Positions 42,253 to 52,495 of a DNA stretch of 55,725 nt are shown piece by piece. Both the position numbers and the translations under genes were made by a program. Source of the DNA: Nostoc sp. DedSLP01 (GTDB lineage Bacteria > Cyanobacteriota > Cyanobacteriia > Cyanobacteriales > Nostocaceae); assembly GCA_034530875.2 (NCBI GenBank), contig JAVRCJ020000042.1, positions 1 through 55,725 of the forward strand, given 5' to 3'. The notes below the pieces were generated by a model. It had not been told where the DNA came from and did no database searches. It saw only the letters and a list, made by a program, of their open reading frames with translations. Each line of letters opens with the position of its first letter. Position 1 is the stretch's first letter.

Positions 42253-43314
42253 ATGAATCCGTCATCCTCATCAACAACAATTCACCGCTTAAGTCGCCGC
42301 AATTTTATTCAATATGGTTCTATATCTATTGCTAGCAGCCTGATTGCAGCTTGTACTAACAACAACCAAGCGTCAACTAACAGTTCGCAACTGGATAAAG
42401 TGACATTTGGCACGAACTGGGTAGCACAAGCAGAACACGGCGGATTTTATCAGGCGATCGCCACTGGTATTTACAAAGACCACGGTTTAGATGTCACAAT
42501 CAAAATGGGTGGTCCCCAGGTCGGCAGCGGTACCCAATTGTTGATGGGGGGTGCGGTAGATTTCTTCATGGGTTACGGTATCGATGCCATTAACGCCATA
42601 GCGCAAAGTATTCCCAAAATCACAGTCGCAGCAATTTTCCAGAAAGATCCTTGGTGTCTCATCGCCCATCCCAACACAGCGATTAAAACTCTTGCAGACC
42701 TCAAAGGCAAACCGATTTATGTATCGGCTTCTGCCAATATTATGTACTGGCCTTTGCTAGAAGCAAAGTATGGTTTTACCGAAGACCAAAAGCGTCCTTA
42801 CAACTTTAATCCTGCTCCTTTTTTGACTGACAAAAACTCAGCCCAGCAAGGTTATATAACATCCGAACCCTTTGCCATTCAAAAGCAGGGCGGTTTTGAA
42901 CCACTGGTATTTTTATTAGCAGATTATGGTTATCAAGCTTATGCAACTACTATTGAAACCAAAAAAGAACTAGTAGAAAAAAATCCCGATTTAGTACAGC
43001 GATTTGTTGACGCTTCAATCAAAGGTTGGTACAGCTATTTAGAAAATCCCCAACCAGCTAATGAATTGATTAAAAAAGATAATCCAGAAATGACGGACGA
43101 ACAGCTTGTTTATAGCCTTCAAAAGCTCAAACAATATGGAATTATTCTTTCTGGGATAGCAGAAAAACAAGGTATTGGGGCAATGAGTGATGAAAGATGG
43201 AAATCGCTCTTTGATAGCATGGTTGCAACGAAGATGTCCCAGCCCAACGTTAATTATAAGGATGCGTACACCTTGCAATTTGTGAATAAAGGGGTAGGCT
43301 ATTACAAGAAGTGA
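42253..43314 (+). CDS. ABC transporter substrate-binding lipoprotein, NitT/TauT (NMT1/THI5-like)
   Basis: Twin-Arg SRRNF plus lipobox LIAAC; NWVAQAEHGGFYQA; QQGYITSEP. Confidence 0.92.
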   Translation: MNPSSSSTTIHRLSRRNFIQYGSISIASSLIAACTNNNQASTNSSQLDKVTFGTNWVAQAEHGGFYQAIATGIYKDHGLDVTIKMGGPQVGSGTQLLMGGAVDFFMGYGIDAINAIAQSIPKITVAAIFQKDPWCLIAHPNTAIKTLADLKGKPIYVSASANIMYWPLLEAKYGFTEDQKRPYNFNPAPFLTDKNSAQQGYITSEPFAIQKQGGFEPLVFLLADYGYQAYATTIETKKELVEKNPDLVQRFVDASIKGWYSYLENPQPANELIKKDNPEMTDEQLVYSLQKLKQYGIILSGIAEKQGIGAMSDERWKSLFDSMVATKMSQPNVNYKDAYTLQFVNKGVGYYKK

Positions 43315-43341
43315 GCGATCGCTGTTATTCTCTAAATTTGC

Positions 43342-44094
43342 ATGAGTAGCCGTCCCATCATCACACTCAATCAAATTAGCAAAGTCTACGCTAATGGTAC
43401 TGTTGCTCTAAAAAACCTGAATTTAGTAATTTCAGAGTCACAATTCGTCAGTTTAGTTGGCCCCTCTGGCTGCGGTAAAAGTACAGTACTGCGGCTGATT
43501 GCCGGATTAGGGCGTATGAGTTCTGGTAATCTTGATTGGGGTATAACCGAGCAAGCAAGGAAACTGGCTTTTGTTTTTCAAGATGCCGCCCTCATGCCTT
43601 GGGCAAACGTCTGGGAAAATGTCCGCCTACCGCTAAAATTGGCGGGAATCTCCAAAAAAGATAGTCAAAAATTAGTGCAGCAGACATTAACGCTGGTAGG
43701 GTTAAAAGGTTTTGCAGAAAACTATCCCCGCGAATTATCTGGTGGGATGAAAATGCGGGTATCAATTGCTAGGGCATTAGTTACTCAACCAAATGTTTTG
43801 TTAATGGATGAACCATTTGGGGCGTTAGACGAAATTACTCGGAGTAAACTCAATAGCGATTTACTCAATTTATGGTGTCAACAGCACTGGACAGTGGTTT
43901 TTGTTACTCACAATATTTACGAAGCAGTCTATTTATCAAATCGTGTATTAGTCATGGGGACAAATCCCGGACGTATCGTAGCAGATATAGAAATTGATGC
44001 TTCTTATCCTCGCGATGATGACTTTCGGACATCATTGCTGTATAACCAATATTGCCGGGAAATTTCTCTGCATTTAGCGCAAGCAATGAATTAA
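43342..44094 (+). CDS. ABC transporter ATP-binding protein, NitT/TauT family
   Basis: GPSGCGKS, LSGGMKMR, LLMDEPFGALD, FVTH. Confidence 0.95.
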   Translation: MSSRPIITLNQISKVYANGTVALKNLNLVISESQFVSLVGPSGCGKSTVLRLIAGLGRMSSGNLDWGITEQARKLAFVFQDAALMPWANVWENVRLPLKLAGISKKDSQKLVQQTLTLVGLKGFAENYPRELSGGMKMRVSIARALVTQPNVLLMDEPFGALDEITRSKLNSDLLNLWCQQHWTVVFVTHNIYEAVYLSNRVLVMGTNPGRIVADIEIDASYPRDDDFRTSLLYNQYCREISLHLAQAMN

Positions 44095-44195
44095 ATGTTG
44101 TAAATAGGAGTCAGAATTTAGAATTCTGAATATTCAACAGATAAAAGGTAATCGGGAAGCTGCGGTAAATTATTAATTGTGGAGGCGGGCAGGAT

Positions 44196-44359
44196 ACTTG
44201 GTGCTAACTTAAGCTCAAATGCTTATCCCATAAGCGTTTCACCCCACCCCGGTTTTGGCTTTAGACAAAACCGGGGTGGGGTAACGCGGATCTTGATGGT
44301 AAGTGAGATAGCTGAATATCACATCTTGACAAGGGTTTCACGTTAAGTTGACACCAATG
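44196..44359. mobile_element. MITE with CATTGGTGTCAACTTAA-type terminal inverted repeats, copy 2
   Basis: Shares ccggggtggggtaacgcggatcttgatgg and agggtttcacgttaagttgacaccaatg with 34883-35075; left TIR degenerate. Confidence 0.82.
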
Positions 44360-44422
44360 GCGAGACGCCCACCCCACAAGAAATGGTTGGGTATTTTTGT
44401 ATTTAATCATCGCGAATAGATA

Positions 44423-45238
44423 ATGTTTAAAAAATCACAAAAAATACTAGATAAATTAATTTCTACCGATGTCTTTGCACCGATCGCAGTTGGTATTTTA
44501 GCATTATTGCTGTGGGATATCTTAGTGAGAGTAATGCATTTACCACCTTATATTCTCCCCAGCCCGATATTAGTCTTTCAAACCTTAATTACTGACTGGA
44601 ATGAGCTTTTCCCGTCATTATTAATTACACTGCAAATCACAATCGTTGCCTTTGTAGCTGCGGCAATTTCTGGTTTATTCATAGCGATTTTATTTGCTCA
44701 AAGTAAATGGATTGAACGCAGTTTATTTCCCTATGCAGTAATTTTACAAACAACTCCCATAGTTGCGATCGCACCTTTAATCATTCTCTGGCTGAAAAAT
44801 AACACCTTCGCCGCCTTAGTAGTTTGCGCCTGGATAGTCGCCTTTTTCCCCATAGTATCTAACACTACTTTAGGACTCAAAAGTGTTGACCGAAACTTAC
44901 TCAACTTATTTCAACTTTATAAAGCTTCTCGCTGGCAAACACTAATATATCTCCGCTTACCTAGTGCCATGCCTTACTTCTTAGGCGGGTTAAAAATTAG
45001 CGGTGGTTTGGCGTTAATAGGCGCAGTGGTTGCCGAATTCGTTGCTGGGACTGGCGGGGCGAAATCGGGTATTGCTTACCGTATTTTAATATCTAGCTAC
45101 AACTTACAAATTCCTCGGATGTTTGCAGCATTATTGCTAACAACTGGGTTAGGCGTATTGATTTTTGTTGGCTTGAGTGCCTTGTCTGAGTTTATATTAA
45201 GCAAGTGGCATGAAAGTGCTGTTAAAGAAGAAAATTAG
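44423..45238 (+). CDS. ABC transporter permease, NitT/TauT family
   Basis: ILPSP, QTTP.VAIAPL, LRLPSAMPY, IGAVVAEF. Confidence 0.94.
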   Translation: MFKKSQKILDKLISTDVFAPIAVGILALLLWDILVRVMHLPPYILPSPILVFQTLITDWNELFPSLLITLQITIVAFVAAAISGLFIAILFAQSKWIERSLFPYAVILQTTPIVAIAPLIILWLKNNTFAALVVCAWIVAFFPIVSNTTLGLKSVDRNLLNLFQLYKASRWQTLIYLRLPSAMPYFLGGLKISGGLALIGAVVAEFVAGTGGAKSGIAYRILISSYNLQIPRMFAALLLTTGLGVLIFVGLSALSEFILSKWHESAVKEEN

Positions 45239-45282
45239 ATTTAAATAAAATTAAAATTGATAAATAATATCTGGTTTTACTC

Positions 45283-45699
45283 GTGTCTGCAAAAGATATT
45301 TTTCATGAATCAGTTAAAAAAGCTTTACAAAAACAAGGATGGATCGCTTGTAACGATCCATTAAAGTTTAAATTTGGGGAAGTTAACTTCCAAATTGATT
45401 TAGGAGCAGAGAAAATAATTACTGCACAGAAAGGAAATGAAAAAATAGCAATTGAAATTAAAAGCTTTTTGAACCCCTCTCCGATTACCGATTTTTACTC
45501 AGCTTTGGGACAATTCCTGAGTTACCGTCTAGCATTAGCAGGATATGAACCAGACCGAGTATTATACTTAGCAGTTCCATTGGATACTTACAAAATATTT
45601 TTTCAACTTGAATTTACTAAAATTGCAATAAAACAGTATCAGGTGTTGTTAATTGTTTACGAGCCAGAAAATGAGGTGATTGTAGAGTGGATAAAATAA
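45283..45699 (+). CDS. xisH: XisH family protein
   Basis: MSAKDIFH..VK.AL.K.GW, IDLGAEK, EIKSF, ALGQF..YR.AL...EPDR.LYLAVP. Confidence 0.93.
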   Translation: MSAKDIFHESVKKALQKQGWIACNDPLKFKFGEVNFQIDLGAEKIITAQKGNEKIAIEIKSFLNPSPITDFYSALGQFLSYRLALAGYEPDRVLYLAVPLDTYKIFFQLEFTKIAIKQYQVLLIVYEPENEVIVEWIK

Positions 45700-46022
45700 C
45701 AAAATATCAAGAGTGTGTGAAAACATTGTTGACTAATTATGCCAGTGATGATGTGTCAGATAACGATGTCGAAGTCCAACTCATTTTAGATACCGAACGC
45801 AATCATTATCAATGGATGAATGTAGGCTGGCAAGGATTTAATCGTATTTATCGATGTGTGATGCATTTTGATATTAAAGATGGTAAAATCTGGCTGCAAC
45901 AAAATTTAACCGATCGCAATCCGGCAGAAGAATTAGTGATGATGGGAGTACCACGAGAGGATATTGTCCTGGGTTTGCAAGCTCCTTACAAGCGGAAGTA
46001 TACAGATTATGGCGTAGCGTAA
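45687..46022 (+). CDS. xisI: XisI family protein
   Basis: D.ERNHYQ..NVGW, HFDIKDGKIW.Q.N.T, ELV..GVP.EDIVLG. Confidence 0.93.
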   Translation: MDKITKYQECVKTLLTNYASDDVSDNDVEVQLILDTERNHYQWMNVGWQGFNRIYRCVMHFDIKDGKIWLQQNLTDRNPAEELVMMGVPREDIVLGLQAPYKRKYTDYGVA

Positions 46023-46076
46023 TTAATAATAAGCTAGGAAGGAAGCCAATTTAGATGTCCCCATAGATAAACGATC

Positions 46077-47423
46077 GTGACAACTAACTTAGATAGCTTA
46101 ATTAATTCTCTACAAGGTATAGAAATTATTACCGATGCAAACCAAGTAGCAAAATTATCCCAGGATTATCACACCTTTAGCCCGGTACTTGTGCCGAAAC
46201 TAGAGGGAAAAGTCGGGGATATTGTGGTGCGTCCCGCAAACGAACAAGACGTTTTAAAAGTTGCAGCAGCTTGTGCGAAACATCGCGTACCCGTGACTGT
46301 GCGGGGTGCTGGTACTGGAAATTATGGGCAATGCGTACCTTTGCACGGTGGCGTAATTTTAGACATGACGCGGATGCAAGATATTCTTTGGGTGAAGCCG
46401 GGGGTAACGCGGGTACAAGCCGGGATAAAGTTAGCGGCTATAGATAAAAAAACGCGAGAAATCGGCTGGGAAATTCGTATGGCACCTTCCACTTATCGCA
46501 CAGCCACCCTTGGCGGATTTATTGCTGGGGGGAGTGGGGGTATTGGCTCGATACAATATGGCTTACTAGGCGATCGCGGTAATATCTTGGCGCTGCGAGT
46601 GGTAACCTTAGAAGATGAACCCCGCGCCATTGAGTTACGAGCAGACGACGTACAAAAAGTTAACCATGCTTGGGGTATTAACGGCATCATCACCGAAGTC
46701 GAAATTCCCTTAGGACCAGCTTACCCTTGGGCAGAAGTTATCGTCACATTTGACGACTTTATGAAAGCAGCCAAGTTTGGTCATACACTTGGCAAGGCAG
46801 ATGGTACAATCAAAAAATTAATTTCTGTCTTCGCATCCCCCATCCCCCAATACTTTCAAGCCTTACAGCAATATATTCCTGAAGGTACTCATGCGGTATT
46901 TTTGATGGTTGCCGAACAGAGTTTAGAAGTATTACCCGGTTTAGTAAAGCGCTACGACGGCCAAATTACTTATGAAAAATCAGCACAGGAAGCAGCCAAA
47001 GGTACGCATTTAGCAGAATTTACCTGGAACCACACCACCTTACACGCACGGAGTGTAGATACCAAAATCACTTACTTGCAAAGTATGTTTCCAGTTGGTA
47101 AAGGTCTGCAACTTGTAGAGCATCTGTATAATTATTTCGGTAATGAAGTGATGATGCATTTAGAATTTTTTCGAGTCAACGGTGCTGTAGTTGCTGGTGG
47201 TTTGCAACTTGTGCGTTACACCACAGAAGAACGTCTCAACGAAATTATCCGCTATCACGAAGAACAAGGTGTGGCTATTGCCAATCCTCACACCTATATT
47301 ATCGAAGAAGGTGGCAGAAAAGTTATCGATCCTCAACAGTTAAAGTTTAAGGAAATAGTAGATCCGCATTACTTAATGAATCCTGGAAAAAGCAAGGTTC
47401 TCCAATTAAAGTTACAAAATTGA
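46077..47423 (+). CDS. FAD-binding oxidoreductase (GlcD/FAD_binding_4-like)
   Basis: RGAGTGNYGQ, ATLGGFIAGGSGG, C-terminal DP..LMNPGK. Confidence 0.9.
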   Translation: MTTNLDSLINSLQGIEIITDANQVAKLSQDYHTFSPVLVPKLEGKVGDIVVRPANEQDVLKVAAACAKHRVPVTVRGAGTGNYGQCVPLHGGVILDMTRMQDILWVKPGVTRVQAGIKLAAIDKKTREIGWEIRMAPSTYRTATLGGFIAGGSGGIGSIQYGLLGDRGNILALRVVTLEDEPRAIELRADDVQKVNHAWGINGIITEVEIPLGPAYPWAEVIVTFDDFMKAAKFGHTLGKADGTIKKLISVFASPIPQYFQALQQYIPEGTHAVFLMVAEQSLEVLPGLVKRYDGQITYEKSAQEAAKGTHLAEFTWNHTTLHARSVDTKITYLQSMFPVGKGLQLVEHLYNYFGNEVMMHLEFFRVNGAVVAGGLQLVRYTTEERLNEIIRYHEEQGVAIANPHTYIIEEGGRKVIDPQQLKFKEIVDPHYLMNPGKSKVLQLKLQN

Positions 47424-47523
47424 ATTCTAAATATAGAATTTAGAATTATGAATTTTAAATATTATCCGTGCTTTAATTTCCAAAGTCTGGGGAAATATCG
47501 AATATCAAATCCCAAAATTACCC

Positions 47524-48573
47524 ATGATTGAAATTGATGGTTCTTACGGAGAGGGAGGCGGACAAGTTCTTCGCACTTCCTTAAGTCTAGCCGCTATTAC
47601 TGGCGAACCCATACGAATTGCAGGTATTCGTGCGGGACGCAAAAAGCCAGGACTAGCACCACAGCACTTAACAGCTGTTCGTGCCGCAGCTAGAATTTGT
47701 AATGCCCAACTACGGGGTGATGCTTTGGGTTCAATGCTGCTGGAATTCATCCCAGGTAGTCCCGTGCAAGCTGGAATTTATGCCTTTGATGTTAGTGAAG
47801 CACAACCTGGTGGTTCTGCGGGTGCGATCGCTTTAATTCTCCAGACAATTCTTTTACCATTAGCACTAGCAGGCGGCGACTCGCGGGTAACACTTAAAGG
47901 TGGAACTCATGTTAACTTTAGTCCCACAGTCACATACATTGAGCAAGTTTATCTGCGGATACTGCAACGTATGGGAATAGAAGCAAAAGTCAAGTTAGGC
48001 GCTTGGGGTTGGTATCCCCAAGGCGGTGGAGAAATAGAATTACAAGTCACCGGTAACAGTCAACTCGGCGGTATAAATATATTAGAACGGGGAAATTTGC
48101 AGCAAGTGCGGGGAGTTGCGGTAGTCACAGAATTACCTTCCCATATTCCTCAACGAATGGCCAATCGTGCTGAAAATTTGTTAAGAGAAGCGCATTTAAA
48201 AGTTACTGTCCAAGCATCGCGAGAAAAAGGTGTCGCACCTGGCGCGGGTATTTTTCTTACTGCTGAGTATCAAAACAGCTTGGCTGGTTTTGGTGGCTTT
48301 GGACGTTTGCGCTTGTCAGCCGAGACAGTTGCAGAAATTGCTTGTCAGCAACTACTTGAATTTCATCACACAGGCGCACCAGTAGACGAACACTTAGCCG
48401 ACCAATTATTATTACCTGCTGCTTTAGCATCACATGAAAGTCATTATCAAGTAGCTGAGGTCAGTAGCCATTTGACTACAAATGCTGGAGTAATTCAACA
48501 GTTTGGATTAGCGCAGATAAAAATAGATAAAGCTCACAATAGAGTATCGGTAATTCCTCAAAACCATTTTTAA
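47524..48573 (+). CDS. rtcA: RNA 3'-terminal phosphate cyclase
   Basis: DGSYGEGGGQVLR, PGL..QH, GGTHV, YPQGGG, HLADQL, SHL.TN. Confidence 0.95.
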   Translation: MIEIDGSYGEGGGQVLRTSLSLAAITGEPIRIAGIRAGRKKPGLAPQHLTAVRAAARICNAQLRGDALGSMLLEFIPGSPVQAGIYAFDVSEAQPGGSAGAIALILQTILLPLALAGGDSRVTLKGGTHVNFSPTVTYIEQVYLRILQRMGIEAKVKLGAWGWYPQGGGEIELQVTGNSQLGGINILERGNLQQVRGVAVVTELPSHIPQRMANRAENLLREAHLKVTVQASREKGVAPGAGIFLTAEYQNSLAGFGGFGRLRLSAETVAEIACQQLLEFHHTGAPVDEHLADQLLLPAALASHESHYQVAEVSSHLTTNAGVIQQFGLAQIKIDKAHNRVSVIPQNHF

Positions 48574-48642
48574 ATAGAACCGGCCGATAAATTCGGCAAA
48601 ATATAAATTTGCCTCATTCCCAAAAGTAAAAATAATTTAGTT

Positions 48643-48792
48643 AATACCAATTAAAAAAAAGAATGCAACAAATAGACCGCTTGTAGAGACGCGATTCATG
48701 AGCCAGCGCGTTGCGGGGGTTCCCCCCATTGTAGCGACTGGCGTCGCATCTTGACCCAAAAATGTGTTGCAATCGTTAATTGAATTGGTATA
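48643..48792. mobile_element. Miniature element (TACCAATT...AATTGGTA ends) with nested palindromic repeats
   Basis: Terminal inverted repeats plus internal tgcaaca/tgttgca; contains gtagagacgcgat...tcgcatc split by a gagccagcgcg...actggcg segment. Confidence 0.6.
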
Positions 48793-48917
48793 AGGTAGTT
48801 TGCGATCGCACATACAAAATATAGAGCATCAAGCATTGGGTATTGCACACAGAATATTTGTTGTTGGCTCTATCCAATCGTCTGTATAACTCTTGCACAC
48901 CAGAAATTATCATCTTG

Positions 48918-49030
48918 GATAAGTATTAGAGCTTCGTCGATGAATATCTAAGGTTCGCCAATGAATATCTGAGGTTCGTCGATGAATATCTGAGCTTTGT
49001 GAATGAGCCTTTTATACTCGTCGACGAGTA
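48918..49030. repeat. Degenerate 21-bp tandem array (about 5 units, GATGAATATCTGAGGTTCGTC)
   Basis: Units at 48918, 48939, 48960, 48981 and 49002; related to the array at 34576. Confidence 0.8.
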
Positions 49031-49193
49031 TTATAAAGACGATCGCCTCTGTTCGGATTTTCTGAAATTACATCTAAACTAAGGTTTGCAGGCAATGTAT
49101 GAAGCGTTTTAGTAGAATTAAAGTCTCACTTTCTTCTTCCTCAAAATAAATAAGCGTAAAAAACCAGGTCTTTAGTCAAACCTGTTACCAATA

Positions 49194-49318
49194 TAGGACT
49201 CACATTTGATTGTTGAAAAAAATGAGTACATCCAGACAAGGCTTCTGTCCTACTCCCTACTCCCCATTCCCTACTCCCTGTCTACACAAATAAATTCACA
49301 AATCAAACCGGATTCCTA
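49194..49318 (-). mobile_element. About 126-bp TA-flanked MITE, copy 2 (inverted)
   Basis: TA|taggactcacatttgatt...aatcaaaccggattccta|TA. Confidence 0.9.
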
Positions 49319-49344
49319 TAGCTTCTTCGCATACCCGCGTTTTC

Positions 49345-50799
49345 TTATCTTCCCCTCATCTCTTGCCTTTCTCTGAGTTTCAGCATAATTTCTGCGTGCA
49401 TCTCGCGAGTAATTGGGTAAAAATACGTTAAAACTAAGCCGCAAATCAAACAAATTGTAGGTATAGGGCCGATGGCGATGCGAATAGCTAACAATGCCGA
49501 TTCAGGTTGGATGGGTAGTGTCGTTTGTCCTACTACACCTTCTTTAAAACCAGATGCTTGCAAGGCATTTCCTACTAAAAATAACCCGAAAGCTAAACCA
49601 AATTTTTGCAATAAAACCATGAAACCATAAAAAATACCTTCTCTACGTTGTCCGGTTTGCAGTTCATCTAATTCAATCACATCTGGAATCATTGACCAGG
49701 GAATCAAATAAGCCGTGGATACGCCAATACCTGCCATAACAGCCATAAAATACATCAAAACAGGGTGACCAGGTTGCAAGAAAAATAATCCTGCACCTGC
49801 TATAATCCACATACTCATTCCCAGAAAATAAACAACTTTTTTACCGACTTTCTTACTTAACTCACCCCAAACAAATAGCATTAATAAAGCAGTTCCTTGG
49901 ACTGCAATCATTAATGAAGGCACATCTGATTCTTTGAGGCGCATACAATTGACTACAAAATAGGGAATAATACTGGCTGTTACTTGCACGCCTAGCCAAG
50001 AAAAGAGATATATACCAATAACAAATAAGAACGGTCGGTTACTGAAGACAATTTTTAACTGTTCCAAGAAAGGAAGAGATGCTGGTTCCTCGGTTTCGAT
50101 GCGTTTAGCTTCAAAAGCAAGGATGCGATCGCGGACTCCAAAAACGCAGCAATATAATCCTAAAATTGAAATTATCGTACAAATTGCTGCTAAAACTAGA
50201 TATTGTTGCTGGCGATCGCTAACTTGAGAAAAAACAACTTGCGTTAAAATCAACGACAGAATACTGCCACCAATGGAAAATGTAAAGCGAAAGCTATTGA
50301 GACTAGTGCGTTCGTCATAATCTTGAGTTAATTCCGGAGTCATCGCCGTATAAGGCAAATTCACAACAGTGTAAAACGCCTGAGACATCACCCCAATCGC
50401 CACGTAATACCAGAACAACGGCCAAACATTATTACTCTTGTCTGCACTAAATTGCGGTACAATCCATTGCAAGAAAAAGAAAATCCCAAAGGGAATTGCC
50501 CCATAAAACATCCAAGGAAGACGACGACCCCAGCGACGAGATTTTGTTTTATCAGTTAAAAACCCGACAACCGGATCGTTTACCCCATCCCAAATTTTGC
50601 CAATCATCAAAATACTGCCAGCTAACCCCGCAGGAATACCAGCAACATTAGTGAAAAAAACCAGCAGAAAAAATACAGAAATATTTGCAGTAATTGCTGG
50701 CCCTAAATCTCCCGCGCCGTAAGCCAATTTTGTTTTCAAATCTAATTTTTGGCTGACAGTATTTCCTCGCCCATCCCCATCAGCAACAGAGTCATTCAT
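49345..50799 (-). CDS. MFS transporter, glycoside-pentoside-hexuronide (MelB-like) family
   Basis: KLAYGAGD, WDGVNDP..G..TD, WGRR.PW, ELT..YDERT.L, RREG.FYG. Confidence 0.92.
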   Translation of the reverse strand: MNDSVADGDGRGNTVSQKLDLKTKLAYGAGDLGPAITANISVFFLLVFFTNVAGIPAGLAGSILMIGKIWDGVNDPVVGFLTDKTKSRRWGRRLPWMFYGAIPFGIFFFLQWIVPQFSADKSNNVWPLFWYYVAIGVMSQAFYTVVNLPYTAMTPELTQDYDERTSLNSFRFTFSIGGSILSLILTQVVFSQVSDRQQQYLVLAAICTIISILGLYCCVFGVRDRILAFEAKRIETEEPASLPFLEQLKIVFSNRPFLFVIGIYLFSWLGVQVTASIIPYFVVNCMRLKESDVPSLMIAVQGTALLMLFVWGELSKKVGKKVVYFLGMSMWIIAGAGLFFLQPGHPVLMYFMAVMAGIGVSTAYLIPWSMIPDVIELDELQTGQRREGIFYGFMVLLQKFGLAFGLFLVGNALQASGFKEGVVGQTTLPIQPESALLAIRIAIGPIPTICLICGLVLTYFYPITREMHAEIMLKLRERQEMRGR

Positions 50800-50872
50800 A
50801 AATAGCTTGCCTTCATACTAAAATCTTTTAGTTTGCCTTCAACAGTAGTTGTTTAACACTTAAATGAGACTT

Positions 50873-51388
50873 ATGCCAGATATTTATGTTTCTTGGTCAG
50901 ATTATCACCAAAAAATTGAACAACTGGCCATTCAGATTTATCGATCGGGTTGGGAATTTAACCAAATTATCTGTCTCGCCAGAGGAGGGCTAAGAATTGG
51001 GGATATTCTCTCCCGTATATATCAGCAACCCCTGGCAATTTTGGCAGCCTCGTCTTACAGCGGCCGGGGCAAGCAAGAAAGAAGCGATCTAATTTTTTCC
51101 AGCCATTTGACGATGACTGCCGAAAAATTAGGTTCCCGCATTCTTTTAGTCGATGACTTAGTAGACTCCGGGATCACACTCGAGCAAACTATTCCTTGGC
51201 TGAAACAAAATACAGATTTTGTCATTGAAGAAATTCGCACAGCCGTACTATGGTATAAAGCCTGTTCAGTTATATCACCCGATTATTATATTGATTACCT
51301 ACCCGATAACCCCTGGATTCACCAACCCTTTGAACGCTACGAAAATATGAACATCACCGAACTAGCGGGTCAGGTCATGAGGAGATGA
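50873..51388 (+). CDS. Type I phosphoribosyltransferase (purine PRT-like)
   Basis: LARGGL, LLVDDLVDSGIT, WIHQPFE; start 50873 or 50864. Confidence 0.9.
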   Translation: MPDIYVSWSDYHQKIEQLAIQIYRSGWEFNQIICLARGGLRIGDILSRIYQQPLAILAASSYSGRGKQERSDLIFSSHLTMTAEKLGSRILLVDDLVDSGITLEQTIPWLKQNTDFVIEEIRTAVLWYKACSVISPDYYIDYLPDNPWIHQPFERYENMNITELAGQVMRR

Positions 51389-51475
51389 GGGGTAGGGGAG
51401 TGTTGGGAGTGTGGGGGGAAAGATTTCTTTCCCATCTTGCCACACCTCCTCCTTCCCCAATGCCCGATGCCCAAA

Positions 51476-52393
51476 TCAAAACAGCCACAGCCAAATCGGT
51501 AGAGTAAACAGCAATAATATTGCCCCAGCAGCTAAGCTAGTTACAGCTAAATCGCGATCGAGATTGAATGTCTCAGCTATTACTAGTGTGGCAAAAGCTG
51601 GAGGCATAGCTGTTTGCAGCACGATCGCTTTTGCTGTGATGCCTGTTAATCCAAAGAATGGTAAGATACTGCTCAAAATTAAGGGAACTAGTAGCATTTT
51701 GATTCCCAAGCTCATGCCTGCTTGTGGTAAGTTTCCCCAAGACTTTATCAGTGCTAATCGCATTCCAATTAGCACCAAAGCTAAAGCTACGATAGTCCAA
51801 GCCAATTTCTCTAACCAGAATTCCGCAAGCGTGGGAATTGCTACCTGTCGAAATAGCAAGCCAAATCCGAAACTCCACAGGGCAGGATTAATTAACACAG
51901 CTTTCATTGTTTGCCAAAGATTCTGGGTACTACCACCAAAATGGGCTGCTAGTAACACGCCTAAAATATAAGTTGCTGGGAACGAACCTAACAAATCATA
52001 AAATAACGCCCAAGCAAAGTATTCCTTACCTACCATTGCTAAGCTGATGGGAAAGCCCAGTAAGCCTGTGTTACCAAGCATTGCCGATAGGAGTAAGCTA
52101 CCCTGAGTTGGTGCTTGGGGAACAGAATTTCTCAAATGGGCTTGCGCTTTCATGCCTACCCAAGCTAAAAATGCACCGAGTAGAATGGCTAGATAAGCGA
52201 TCGCAGGTGCAATCCAAATCTGTCCGGACAAGCTAGATTGACGCAAAAAAGATACTATGCTTATGGGTACTCCCACCCAATAAAGAAACTGTCCCAAACG
52301 GGTAGGAACCGTTACAGGTAGTTTGCGTCCCAAAATAAAACCTACCAGTACTAAGCCTCCCAGCTTGACGTATAGTTCTAAAAGGTTTGTCAA
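51476..52393 (-). CDS. AEC family transporter
   Basis: GNTG.LGFP, NPALW, IKMLLVP, QTAMPPAF; about 10 TM segments; TTG start. Confidence 0.9.
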   Translation of the reverse strand: MTNLLELYVKLGGLVLVGFILGRKLPVTVPTRLGQFLYWVGVPISIVSFLRQSSLSGQIWIAPAIAYLAILLGAFLAWVGMKAQAHLRNSVPQAPTQGSLLLSAMLGNTGLLGFPISLAMVGKEYFAWALFYDLLGSFPATYILGVLLAAHFGGSTQNLWQTMKAVLINPALWSFGFGLLFRQVAIPTLAEFWLEKLAWTIVALALVLIGMRLALIKSWGNLPQAGMSLGIKMLLVPLILSSILPFFGLTGITAKAIVLQTAMPPAFATLVIAETFNLDRDLAVTSLAAGAILLLFTLPIWLWLF

Positions 52394-52495
52394 AATTGTG
52401 CCTAAGAATCACAAAGTTAAAATGCTAGCTGTTACCTCTACTTTTTGTCCAGTGCAAAATCTCTTATGGCTATTCCAAAAAACAGGAGTTTTTCC

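Noticed and set aside
45283..46022. Heterocyst excision element (fdxN-type)
   Set aside because: No XisF/XisA/XisC recombinase and no interrupted nif/hup/fdxN gene nearby.
51411..51971. 186-aa + strand ORF and other long antisense ORFs (e.g. 36034-36444, 19856-20160, 52438-52767)
   Set aside because: They lie antisense to well-supported genes and have no motifs of their own.
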